A stretch of DNA of 64,000 nt from Acidimicrobiales bacterium (GTDB taxonomy: Bacteria; Actinomycetota; Acidimicrobiia; Acidimicrobiales; DATDAH01). This document shows, piece after piece, positions 16,355 to 24,783 of this stretch; position 1 is the first letter of the stretch; each line of letters opens with the position of its first letter. A program made the translations under genes and the position numbers. The stretch is taken from assembly GCA_041918615.1 (NCBI GenBank), contig JAYRVH010000013.1:190-64189 (forward strand). Direction: 5' to 3'. The notes beneath the pieces are model-generated. The model was not told where the DNA came from and did no database searches. It saw only the letters and a program-made list of their open reading frames with translations.

Positions 16355-17794
16355 ATGGCCATGACCCGCGTCGAACAGCGGTCGCCGTACCTCGGCGGCA
16401 ACTACGCCCCGGTCTCGGACGAGCGGTCGTACGACCTGACCGTGCTCGCCGGCGAGGTCCCGGCTGATCTGCGCGGCGTCTTCGTGCGCAATGGCAGCAA
16501 CCCCCGCTTCGAGCCCGTCGGCCGGTACCACTGGTTCGACGGCGACGGCATGATCCACGCCGTCCACTTCGACGCCGACGGCGCCCACTACCGGAACCGG
16601 TGGGTCCGCACGTCCGCGCTCGCCGCCGAGGAAGCGGCCGGTCGGCCACTCTGGACCGGCATCCTCGAACCGCCCGACCTCTCGAAGTTCCCCGAGGTCT
16701 TCAAGGACACGTCGAACACCGACCTGGTGTGGTTCAACGGCGAGCTGCTCTCGCTCTGGTGGCTCGGTGGCGAGGCGTACCGGGTCTCACTCCCCGACCT
16801 CGAGACCCTCGGGCGCCAGGACTTCGACGGCACCCTCGACACCCATGTCGCGGCCCATCCCAAGGTCGATCCCGCGACGGGCGAGCTGCTGTTCATCGAC
16901 TTCGACCCGATCCCCCCGTATCTCACCTTCGGCGTGGTGTCGCCCGAGGGCCGAGTGACCCGTAGCCAGAGCGTCGAGGTCGGTGGGCCGCGACTCCAAC
17001 ACGACCTCGCCTTCACCGAGGACTACGCCATCGTCTTCGACTTCCCCTTCATGTGGGAAACCGGCGAGGGCCGCACACGCCTGGCGTTCCACCGTGAACG
17101 CCCGGCCCGTTTCGGCCTGCTGCCCCGACACGGCGCCGACGGCGCCGCGCCTCCCGACACCCGGTGGTTCGAAACCGACCCGTGCTTCATGTACCACGTG
17201 GCGAACGCCTGGCAGGAGGACGGCACCGTCCACCTGGTCGGCTGTGAGATCGCCAACCCGCTGGCCTCCGACCGCGACAACCCGCCCGGCCTCCCCGAGG
17301 CTCCGGCCATCGCCATGTTGCGCCTGGAGCCCTACCTCACCGAGTGGACGTTCCACCTCGACAGCGGCGCCATCACCAAACGGCGCATCGACGACCACAT
17401 CGCCGAGTTCCCCAAGATCGACGTGCGCCGCTTCGGCCGACCGTTCCGCTACACGTACCTCATGCGCTTCGGCGCCCAGCCCACGCTCGTCTTCGATGCG
17501 GTGATCCGCCACGACCTGACCACCGGCGACACCACCACCCACGCCTGGCCCGACGGCTGGTTCGGCGGAGAGACGGTGTTCTGCCCCCGGCAGGGAGCGA
17601 CCGACGAGGCCGAGGGCTACCTGGTCACCTTCGTCGTCCACGAAGAGACCGGCGAGTCCGAGGTGCACGTGCTCGATGCGCAGCACCTCGAGGACGATCC
17701 GGTCTGTCGCCTCGGCGTCCCCGACCGGGTGCCCACCGGCTACCACACCTGGTGGGTCTCCGAGGAGGACCTGGCAGGCCAGTCCCAGCCGTGA
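16355..17794 (+). CDS. carotenoid oxygenase-family (carotenoid/apocarotenoid cleavage dioxygenase)
   Basis: YLGGNYAPV, HWFDGDGMIHAV, AAHPKVDP, HDLAFTEDY, MYHVANAW: typical CCD/RPE65 His-containing blocks. SD GGAGCGAG lies 6 nt upstream. Confidence 0.9.
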   Translation: MAMTRVEQRSPYLGGNYAPVSDERSYDLTVLAGEVPADLRGVFVRNGSNPRFEPVGRYHWFDGDGMIHAVHFDADGAHYRNRWVRTSALAAEEAAGRPLWTGILEPPDLSKFPEVFKDTSNTDLVWFNGELLSLWWLGGEAYRVSLPDLETLGRQDFDGTLDTHVAAHPKVDPATGELLFIDFDPIPPYLTFGVVSPEGRVTRSQSVEVGGPRLQHDLAFTEDYAIVFDFPFMWETGEGRTRLAFHRERPARFGLLPRHGADGAAPPDTRWFETDPCFMYHVANAWQEDGTVHLVGCEIANPLASDRDNPPGLPEAPAIAMLRLEPYLTEWTFHLDSGAITKRRIDDHIAEFPKIDVRRFGRPFRYTYLMRFGAQPTLVFDAVIRHDLTTGDTTTHAWPDGWFGGETVFCPRQGATDEAEGYLVTFVVHEETGESEVHVLDAQHLEDDPVCRLGVPDRVPTGYHTWWVSEEDLAGQSQP

Positions 17795-19032
17795 GCACCG
17801 AGCCGACTCCCTTCGTCCTGGGAGGGTTCCAGAGCGACTTCGCCCGCAACGCCACCAGGGAGGGCCTGGGTCTCACCGACCTCCTCGGCGAGGCGGCCCG
17901 CGGCGCCCTCGATTCGGCCGGGGTCGATCCGGCCGACGTTGACGTCGCCCACGTGGGCAACTTCGCGGCCGAGATCTACTCGGGACAGGGGCACCTCGGC
18001 GGCCTGCTGGTCGACGCCGTCCCCGAGCTCGACGGCATCGGCATCAGCCGGCACGAGGCGGCGTGTGCCTCGGGCAGCATGGCCGTGCTCGCCGCCACCG
18101 CCGACCTCGCCGCCGGGCGGGCCGACGTCGCCCTCGTGGTCGGCATCGAGCTCATGCGGGCCCACGGCGCCTTTGCCGCGCAGGCCGCCCTCGGCGCCGC
18201 TGGCCGTGCGCACGACGAGATGGTCGGCATCGACTACCCGTGGCCACAGCTCTTCAGCGAGGTCGCCGACGAGTACGGCCGCCGCTACGGCCTCGACCAG
18301 GTGCACCTGGCCGCCATCGCCAGGAAGGCCTTCGCCAACGCCAAGCGCAACCCCCTCGCCCAGGCCCGCGCCTGGTCGGTGGGCGAGGCCGCGTTCGAGC
18401 CGGACGACGAGACCAACCCGGTGATCGCCGGCCGGCTGCGGCGCTCCGACTGCTCCCAGGTCACCGACGGTGCCGCCGCCGTCGTCCTGGCGAGCCCCAC
18501 CTTCGCTGCTCGATGGGCCGCCGTCCACGGTCGCCGGCTCGAGACGCTCGCCCGCATCGACGGGTGGGGCCATCGCACCTCACGCATGACGATGGCCGAC
18601 AAGCTCGTCGCCAGCCGCGACGAGGGCTACGTGTTCCCGCACGTGCGGGGCGCGGTGCTCGATGCGTTCGGTCGTGCGGGCATCGGTTCCGTCGCCGAGC
18701 TCGATGCGCTCGAGACCCACGACTGCTTCACGATCAGCGAGTACGCCGCGATCGACCACCTCGGCCTCACCGCTCCCGGCGAGAGCTGGAAGGCCATCGA
18801 GGAGGGCCGCACCGAACGGGGCGGCGACCTGCCCGTCAACCCGTCGGGCGGGTTGTTGGCCTGCGGCCATCCCGTGGGCGCCACGGGCGTGCGGATGCTG
18901 TGGGACGCGTCGCGCCAGGTCGCCGGAACGGTCGGCGACTGCCAGGTCGAGGGTGCCCGCCGGGTCGCCACGCTGAACATCGGCGGCAGCCTCACCACCG
19001 TCGCCAGCTTCGTCGTTTCCTCCGCCGCCTGA
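17791..19032 (+). CDS. thiolase-fold protein (SCP-x / lipid-transfer-type acetyl-CoA acetyltransferase-like)
   Basis: GTG at 17791 overlaps the CCD stop (GTGA). Active-site-like HEAACASGS and C-terminal NPSGGLLACGHPVGATG. Confidence 0.85.
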   Translation: MSTEPTPFVLGGFQSDFARNATREGLGLTDLLGEAARGALDSAGVDPADVDVAHVGNFAAEIYSGQGHLGGLLVDAVPELDGIGISRHEAACASGSMAVLAATADLAAGRADVALVVGIELMRAHGAFAAQAALGAAGRAHDEMVGIDYPWPQLFSEVADEYGRRYGLDQVHLAAIARKAFANAKRNPLAQARAWSVGEAAFEPDDETNPVIAGRLRRSDCSQVTDGAAAVVLASPTFAARWAAVHGRRLETLARIDGWGHRTSRMTMADKLVASRDEGYVFPHVRGAVLDAFGRAGIGSVAELDALETHDCFTISEYAAIDHLGLTAPGESWKAIEEGRTERGGDLPVNPSGGLLACGHPVGATGVRMLWDASRQVAGTVGDCQVEGARRVATLNIGGSLTTVASFVVSSAA

Positions 19033-19968
19033 GTGTCGTACCACTGGGAGCTCGGCGAGGGGATACCGGACGGCTTCCGGCGCATCGCCGGAGACGAGCT
19101 CGACCATGCCATCGCCTCGCTCTCCGCACCCGAGGAGCAGGGAATCGAGGCTGCTGTCCACGACGTGCGGAAGCGGTGCAAGAAGCTTCGCGGCCTGGCC
19201 CGCCTGGTTCGTCCGGGCCTCGGCGGCACCTACCGCCGCATCAACGACGCGGCCCGAGACGCCGGCCGGGACCTGTCGCCGATCCGGGACGCGCACGCCA
19301 TCCTGGGCTGCTTCGACAACCTGCTGGCACGCACCGGGAACGACCTCGACGCCGATACGGCCTCGGCGGTGCGCGCCGAGTTGTCACGCCGGGCGCGGGA
19401 GGCGAGCGTCGCTGTGGCCGACACCGACACCGAGGTGCGTTCGGCGCTGGACCGCCTCGTGACGCTCCGGAGCGGGGTGGCGGACTGGTCCTTCGACGAC
19501 GACTTCCGCATCGTGGCCTCGGCCGTGTCGACCACCTATCGCCGAGGGCGGGACGCCATGCGCCAGGCCCGGAGGCAAGGCGACGACGAGACCCTGCACG
19601 AGTGGCGGAAGCGGGAGAAGGACCTCTGGTACGCCGTCCGGCTCCTCACGCCTTCGGCTCCCGCGGTCCTCGGCCCGACAGCCTCCGCCCTCCACGCCCT
19701 GTCCGAGGATCTGGGCAACGACCACGACCTGGTCGTGCTCGCTTCCCTGCTCGACCACGAGCCCGGGGCCTTCGGGGGGTCGGCAGCGGTCGAGGCGACG
19801 CTCACGCTGACCACACGCACCCGAGCCTCGCTCCAGGAACACGCCTTCGGCTTGGGCGTCCAGCTGTACGCGGAGCGGCCCGACGCCTTCGCCCGGCGCC
19901 TCAGGGCGTACTGGAAGGGGTGGGCCCGCCTCGGCCTGTCACTGCCGGGCGTCGTCGGCGAGCCATGA
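19033..19968 (+). CDS. CHAD domain-containing protein
   Basis: GTG start immediately after the thiolase TGA. HDVRKRCKKLRGLARLV and EWRKREKDLWYAVRLL helical repeats are typical of CHAD. Confidence 0.8.
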   Translation: MSYHWELGEGIPDGFRRIAGDELDHAIASLSAPEEQGIEAAVHDVRKRCKKLRGLARLVRPGLGGTYRRINDAARDAGRDLSPIRDAHAILGCFDNLLARTGNDLDADTASAVRAELSRRAREASVAVADTDTEVRSALDRLVTLRSGVADWSFDDDFRIVASAVSTTYRRGRDAMRQARRQGDDETLHEWRKREKDLWYAVRLLTPSAPAVLGPTASALHALSEDLGNDHDLVVLASLLDHEPGAFGGSAAVEATLTLTTRTRASLQEHAFGLGVQLYAERPDAFARRLRAYWKGWARLGLSLPGVVGEP

Positions 19969-20015
19969 CACGTAGCCTCGCGTCACATCCATCCTCGAAC
20001 AGGGAGTCGACGGCA

Positions 20016-20309
20016 ATGGCAGAGACGAGTTGGGACGACGTCGGGAACCGCTTCACCGAGCTGGGCCAGAAGCTCCAGGATGCCTGGGAGCAGGGGCGAG
20101 CCGACGACCAGGCTCGCGCCGACCTTCAGAGCGCCGGCGAGAAGGTGAAGGCGGCGCTCGACGACGTGGCCGAGACCATCAACCGCGCTGCGGGATCTCC
20201 CGAGATCCGTGACGCCGCACGCGAGGCGACGGCGAGCATCGCCGACGCCCTCTCGACGTCGCTCCACCAGGTCGCCGAGCGGATCGAGCGACCCCGGCCG
20301 AAGGACTGA
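20016..20309 (+). CDS. hypothetical small helical protein (97 aa)
   Basis: ATG preceded by AGGGAG. Only the last 97 codons of the 748-aa track ORF have protein-like composition. Confidence 0.55.
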   Translation: MAETSWDDVGNRFTELGQKLQDAWEQGRADDQARADLQSAGEKVKAALDDVAETINRAAGSPEIRDAAREATASIADALSTSLHQVAERIERPRPKD

Positions 20310-20324
20310 CGGGCACTCACGCGC

Positions 20325-23024
20325 TCACGGCGGGCTGAGGGCACGCAGGTCGTCGTGGTCGGGTGACGCCGGCTCGACACGCACCTTCAGGTCGAGCGCC
20401 ACCACACCCGTCGCGGACACGACGACCGGGTTGGCGTCGAGCTCCACGACCTCGGGGAGGGCGTCGGCAAGCCGGCCCACCCGCATGAGCAGGTCCTCGA
20501 GCGCGTCGATGTCGGCGCGCTCCGAGCCCCGGTATCCGAACAGGAGTGGTGACGTCCGCAGCGCTCGGACCAGGTCGTGGGCATCGGCATCGGTGACCGG
20601 CACGAGCTGCATCGCCGTGTCGCGGAGGAGCTCCGCGGTGGTCCCTCCCATCCCGAAGAGGACCGCGGGGCCGAACGAACGGTCGTGCAGGATGCCGACG
20701 ATGGTCTCGACCCCCGAGGCGACCATGGGCTGTAGGACCGCGCCGCCCATCTCGGCGCCGAGACTGGTCGACATGGCCTCGAACGCGGACCGCACCTCGT
20801 CGGCCGACCGCAGGCCTAGGCGCACGGCCCCGACGTCGCTCTTGTGCACGATGGCCCCGCTGCCGGCTTTGAGTGCCACGGGGTAGCCGAGCGCGTCGGA
20901 CACGGCAACGGCCTCGTCGGCCGTCGCAGCCGGGCACGTGCGCACGCACGACACACCGAAGGCGCCCACGACCCGGGCGGCGTCGTCGGGGTCGAGCCAA
21001 CCCCCGTCAGGGTGCTCGCCGAGGAAACGGTCGACCAACGCCCTGCCGACGCCGGCATCGATCCCGGGCAGATCGGGGACCACGCCCGGCGGTCGGCGAA
21101 GCCAGTCGGCGTGCGCCGCCACCCGACCGAGCGCGCGCACCGCGGACTCGGGGAAGGCGAACGAGGGGATGGCTCGTCCACCCGCGGAGCGGAGCGCATC
21201 GGGCACGCCCTCATGGCCCAGAAAGCAGGCGATCACGGGCTTCGGACCATCGGCGACATCGACGATGGCCCGGGCGACATCGTCGGCCTGGGTGACGAGC
21301 GGAGGCACGAAGATGGCGAGGACGGCATCGACCTCGTCGGACGCCAACACGATGCGCAATGCGTGCTCGTAGTCCGTCGCGGTCGCCGAGGCGACCAGGT
21401 CGATCGGGTTCCGCACCGTGGCGGCGGGTGAGGTGACGGCTCGCAGGCGCTCCTGGACCGCCGCGCCGAGCTCGGGCACCGAGAGGTCGGAGGCGTCACA
21501 CGCATCGGCCGCCAGAATGGCCGGTCCCCCACCGTTGCTGACGATGGCCACCCGTCGACCGGCCGGTAGCGGTTGATGGGTCAGCAGTTGGGCGGTGTCG
21601 AGAAGCTGCTCGAGGGTGTCGACGCGGATCACGCCGGCCTGCCGGAACAACGCCGCCACCGTCTCGTCGGGGCTGCTCAAGGCGGCTGTGTGCGAGGAAG
21701 CGGCGCGGACACCCGTCGGCGTGCGCCCGCTCTTGACCGCCACGATCGGCTTGGTGCGTGCGATCTCCCTGGCCAGCCGGGCGAACTTCCGAGGGCTGCC
21801 GAACGACTCGAGGTAAAGAAGGATCACGTCGGTCTCGGCGTCGTCCTGCCAGTACGGGAGCAGGTCGTTGCTGCTCACGTCGCCCTTGTTGCCGAGCGAC
21901 ACGAAGCTCGACACCCCGAGGCCGAGTGCGCCGGCCCGGCTGAGGAGCTCGATCCCCAGCGCACCTGACTGTGAGGCGAACGCGACCCGCCCCGGAACCG
22001 GGACGAACGGGGCGAAGGTCGCGTTCAACCGCACCGCCGGGTTGGTGTTGACGATGCCCATGCAGTTCGGCCCGACCAGCCGCATGCCGCTGCGCCGGCT
22101 GAGCTCCACGATCTCGCGCTGACGCTCGCCCCCGTCGCCCGACTCCGCGAAGCCCGCCGTGATGACCACGAGGCCGTGAACCCCCCGACGGGCGCAGTCA
22201 TGGACCACCTCGAGGACCGCGTCGGCGGGGACGGCGATCACCGCCAGGTCGACATCACCGGGGATGTCGACGATCGACGGGTACGCGCAGACGCCGCCCA
22301 CCGACGGAGCGGTCGCGTTCACCGGGTAGACGGGGCCGGTGAAGCCGCCGGCCAGGAGATTCCGGAAGATCTCGTGGCCGATGGTGCCAGGGCGCCGACC
22401 GGCCCCCACCACCGCCACCGAGCCAGGTGCGAGGAGACGATCCATGGAGCGCGCCCCCGCCCGTTGTTCTCGATCAGCCTGCGCGAGCGCTGCCGCATCA
22501 GTGGCCCGGATGGGGAACTCGACCTGGATGACGCCGCCCTCGAACCGCTGCCGCACCTCGAAGGCCGTGTCCCGGAACACGTCGAGCATGCGTCGGTTCC
22601 CCGGGAGGATCGATGCCCGAAAGGTGTCGATGCCCCGTTCGCGGGCCACCGCCGCCAAGTGCTCGAGCAAGATGGTGCCCAGGCCCCGACCCTGCTGGCT
22701 GTCCTCCACCGTGAACGCCACCTCGGCCTCGTCGCGGGCATCCTCCCGGTCGTAGCGGCCGACGGCAACGAGCTCATCGCCCAGTTCGGCGACCAGCGCC
22801 ATGCGATCGTCGTAGTCGACGTGGGTGAGCCGGTCGAGCCACGCATCGCTCAGCTGCCTCAGCGGGGCGAAGAACCGGAACTGGACGGTCTCGTCGGAAA
22901 GGCGATCGAAGAGGGACCGGAGCACCTCGCCATCCTCGGCGCGGATCGGCCTGAGGTGCGCCGTGGCACCGTCGGCGAGCACCACGTCGGCCTCCCACTC
23001 TCGCGGGTAGGCGCCGGATGTCAC
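20325..23024 (-). CDS. bifunctional GNAT acetyltransferase / NDP-forming acyl-CoA synthetase-family protein (Pat-like protein acetyltransferase architecture)
   Basis: N-terminal GNAT (QQGRGLGTILLEHL), then CoA-binding VAVVGAGRRPGTIGHEIF and succinyl-CoA-synthetase-like and ATP-grasp regions. 899 aa, GTG start. Confidence 0.9.
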   Translation of the reverse strand: MTSGAYPREWEADVVLADGATAHLRPIRAEDGEVLRSLFDRLSDETVQFRFFAPLRQLSDAWLDRLTHVDYDDRMALVAELGDELVAVGRYDREDARDEAEVAFTVEDSQQGRGLGTILLEHLAAVARERGIDTFRASILPGNRRMLDVFRDTAFEVRQRFEGGVIQVEFPIRATDAAALAQADREQRAGARSMDRLLAPGSVAVVGAGRRPGTIGHEIFRNLLAGGFTGPVYPVNATAPSVGGVCAYPSIVDIPGDVDLAVIAVPADAVLEVVHDCARRGVHGLVVITAGFAESGDGGERQREIVELSRRSGMRLVGPNCMGIVNTNPAVRLNATFAPFVPVPGRVAFASQSGALGIELLSRAGALGLGVSSFVSLGNKGDVSSNDLLPYWQDDAETDVILLYLESFGSPRKFARLAREIARTKPIVAVKSGRTPTGVRAASSHTAALSSPDETVAALFRQAGVIRVDTLEQLLDTAQLLTHQPLPAGRRVAIVSNGGGPAILAADACDASDLSVPELGAAVQERLRAVTSPAATVRNPIDLVASATATDYEHALRIVLASDEVDAVLAIFVPPLVTQADDVARAIVDVADGPKPVIACFLGHEGVPDALRSAGGRAIPSFAFPESAVRALGRVAAHADWLRRPPGVVPDLPGIDAGVGRALVDRFLGEHPDGGWLDPDDAARVVGAFGVSCVRTCPAATADEAVAVSDALGYPVALKAGSGAIVHKSDVGAVRLGLRSADEVRSAFEAMSTSLGAEMGGAVLQPMVASGVETIVGILHDRSFGPAVLFGMGGTTAELLRDTAMQLVPVTDADAHDLVRALRTSPLLFGYRGSERADIDALEDLLMRVGRLADALPEVVELDANPVVVSATGVVALDLKVRVEPASPDHDDLRALSPP

Positions 23025-23045
23025 TCCGGGCAGGTTAACGAGTGC

Positions 23046-24278
23046 TCAGCCGAGTGCCATCGGGACCGACTCGGTCGCGCCGTCGGGGCCGGTGTGCTCG
23101 ATCTGAAGGGGCATCCCCGACCCGCCGCCGATGCCCATGGCCGCCACGACCACCCCGGCCAGATCGAGCAGGGGGTCCACCGGCACGATGGCCTCGGGGG
23201 CGAACACGCCGGGCCCCCCCGTCAGCGCGCCCCGGCGGTGGAGGACCGCTCCCAGAGCGGCAGGGATGCCCGTCCCCTCGCCGGCACCTTCGTCGACCGA
23301 TGCCAGCGTGCAGACGTAGCGGTGGTCCCCTCCGTCCTTGTGGCCGTCCACGACCACTCGCAACGCGCCGGCCGGGCCCGTGACGCCGGCTTCGGCGAGC
23401 AGGCGGGGACGCTCGTGGCGGAGCACCGAAACCATCATGTCGATCGGCGCGACGAGGTGACCGTCGACCTCGACGGGCTCCTCGCCCCCCATGCCTGCGG
23501 CCACCAGGTCCTGGGTCATGCGGAAGTAGGGCAGCGGGAAGACGACACCCATGTTGGTCGCTCGACGAAGGGTGGGGAACGCCAAGGGAAGGGTGATGGT
23601 CTCAGGATGGGGATAGGGGTAGACGGGGAAGACGCCCAGACCGGGGAAGTCCTCGTCGTGGACGAAGGCGGCACCGCTGTCCTCGAGCTGACGCACGTTC
23701 ACGAAGTCGCCCTCGACGAAGAGCGGTACGTCGTTGACCATGGCGTGCACCCGGTGCTTGAGCACCGCGGGGCCCTCGTCGGGCTCCCCGCCGTGGATGT
23801 GCATGATCTCGACGCCGACAACCTCGTCGAGCAACTGCTCGGCGCACATCTTGACGAAGATGTTGGCCAGGCCAGGCGAGTTGCCCATGCCGATGAGCGC
23901 CGTCACGCCTGCGGCGCGGGCGGCCCCGTCCTGCTCGAGCATGGCCCGGGTGGCAGAGAGATCGTCGCAGATGTCCACGTAGCCGACCCCGGCTGCGATC
24001 ACCGCGGCGAGGGTGGGTGGGCCGAAGCGGTAGAAGGGCCCGACGCAGTTGAGGACCACATCGGCCCCGGCCACCAGTCGGCCCAGCGCCTCGGCGTCGG
24101 TGACGTCGACGACCGCCGGTCGGAACCGGTCGTCAGCGAGGTCGGCCACCACCGCCGAGACCGTGTCGTGACGCACGTCGGCCACCACCACCTCCTCGAG
24201 CTCGCCCACGTGCGTGAGGGCCTCGGTGGCGACCCGCCCCACTCCCCCGGCACCGCCCAGCACGACTATCGCACCCAT
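23046..24278 (-). CDS. saccharopine dehydrogenase-family NAD(P)-binding oxidoreductase
   Basis: Internal ATG 24278 (MGAIVVLGGAGGVGR...) preceded by GAGGGGAAG. NCVGPFYRFG block. Confidence 0.85.
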   Translation of the reverse strand: MGAIVVLGGAGGVGRVATEALTHVGELEEVVVADVRHDTVSAVVADLADDRFRPAVVDVTDAEALGRLVAGADVVLNCVGPFYRFGPPTLAAVIAAGVGYVDICDDLSATRAMLEQDGAARAAGVTALIGMGNSPGLANIFVKMCAEQLLDEVVGVEIMHIHGGEPDEGPAVLKHRVHAMVNDVPLFVEGDFVNVRQLEDSGAAFVHDEDFPGLGVFPVYPYPHPETITLPLAFPTLRRATNMGVVFPLPYFRMTQDLVAAGMGGEEPVEVDGHLVAPIDMMVSVLRHERPRLLAEAGVTGPAGALRVVVDGHKDGGDHRYVCTLASVDEGAGEGTGIPAALGAVLHRRGALTGGPGVFAPEAIVPVDPLLDLAGVVVAAMGIGGGSGMPLQIEHTGPDGATESVPMALG

Positions 24279-24747
24279 TGACTTCCCCTCTCGGACCCGT
24301 CGGCCCTCGTCGGCCGCTCGACCGCACGTTACGGGATCGCTCATCGAGCCCGCCCGCCCGCGTTGGACCGGCACACCATGTGGATGCACACCGGTCGAGG
24401 GCCCGCCAGCGTCGGCGCCCGTCGGTACCACGTCCTGTTCGACTCGACCGCTCGCCACGGGCTGACCAACCCGACCCCGCCAGAGGACCAGTTCGACCGG
24501 AACAAGCCGCCGGGCATCTCCGACGGCGGTGGCCTCGACCTGTCGCAGAGCGGCTGGATGCTGGGGTGGCGCTGGGGACCGACCTGGCCCGCGCCGACCC
24601 GGGGTGACGGCCTACGCCAACGACAGAGCACCCGATGCCAGCACCGGCTGGATCAACGAACGCTGATTCCCGGGACCGCCGAGACCCGTTGGTGGGGTCG
24701 TCGATCGCCGCGCGCTCAAGTGCGGAACGTCGCCCGCCGATCCAGAA

Positions 24748-24767
24748 CCGTCGACATTCTTCGACGG
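24748..24767 (+). promoter_or_regulatory. hairpin CCGTCGA-cattct-TCGACGG abutting the SD of the GGDEF-EAL gene
   Basis: 7-bp perfect inverted repeat ending 1 nt before tGAGGGAAGG, 16 nt before the GTG at 24784. Confidence 0.3.
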
Positions 24768-24783
24768 TGAGGGAAGGCGACCG

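Noticed and set aside
18063-20309. 748-aa plus-strand ORF, and similar long alternate-frame ORFs (1334-2470, 22176-24281, 26627-28339, 30872-33097, 45856-47970, 47492-49120, 51944-53815)
   Set aside because: Extreme Arg/Pro/Gly content, and each overlaps better-supported genes in another frame or strand. Only the last 97 codons of 18063-20309 were kept, as a possible small CDS.
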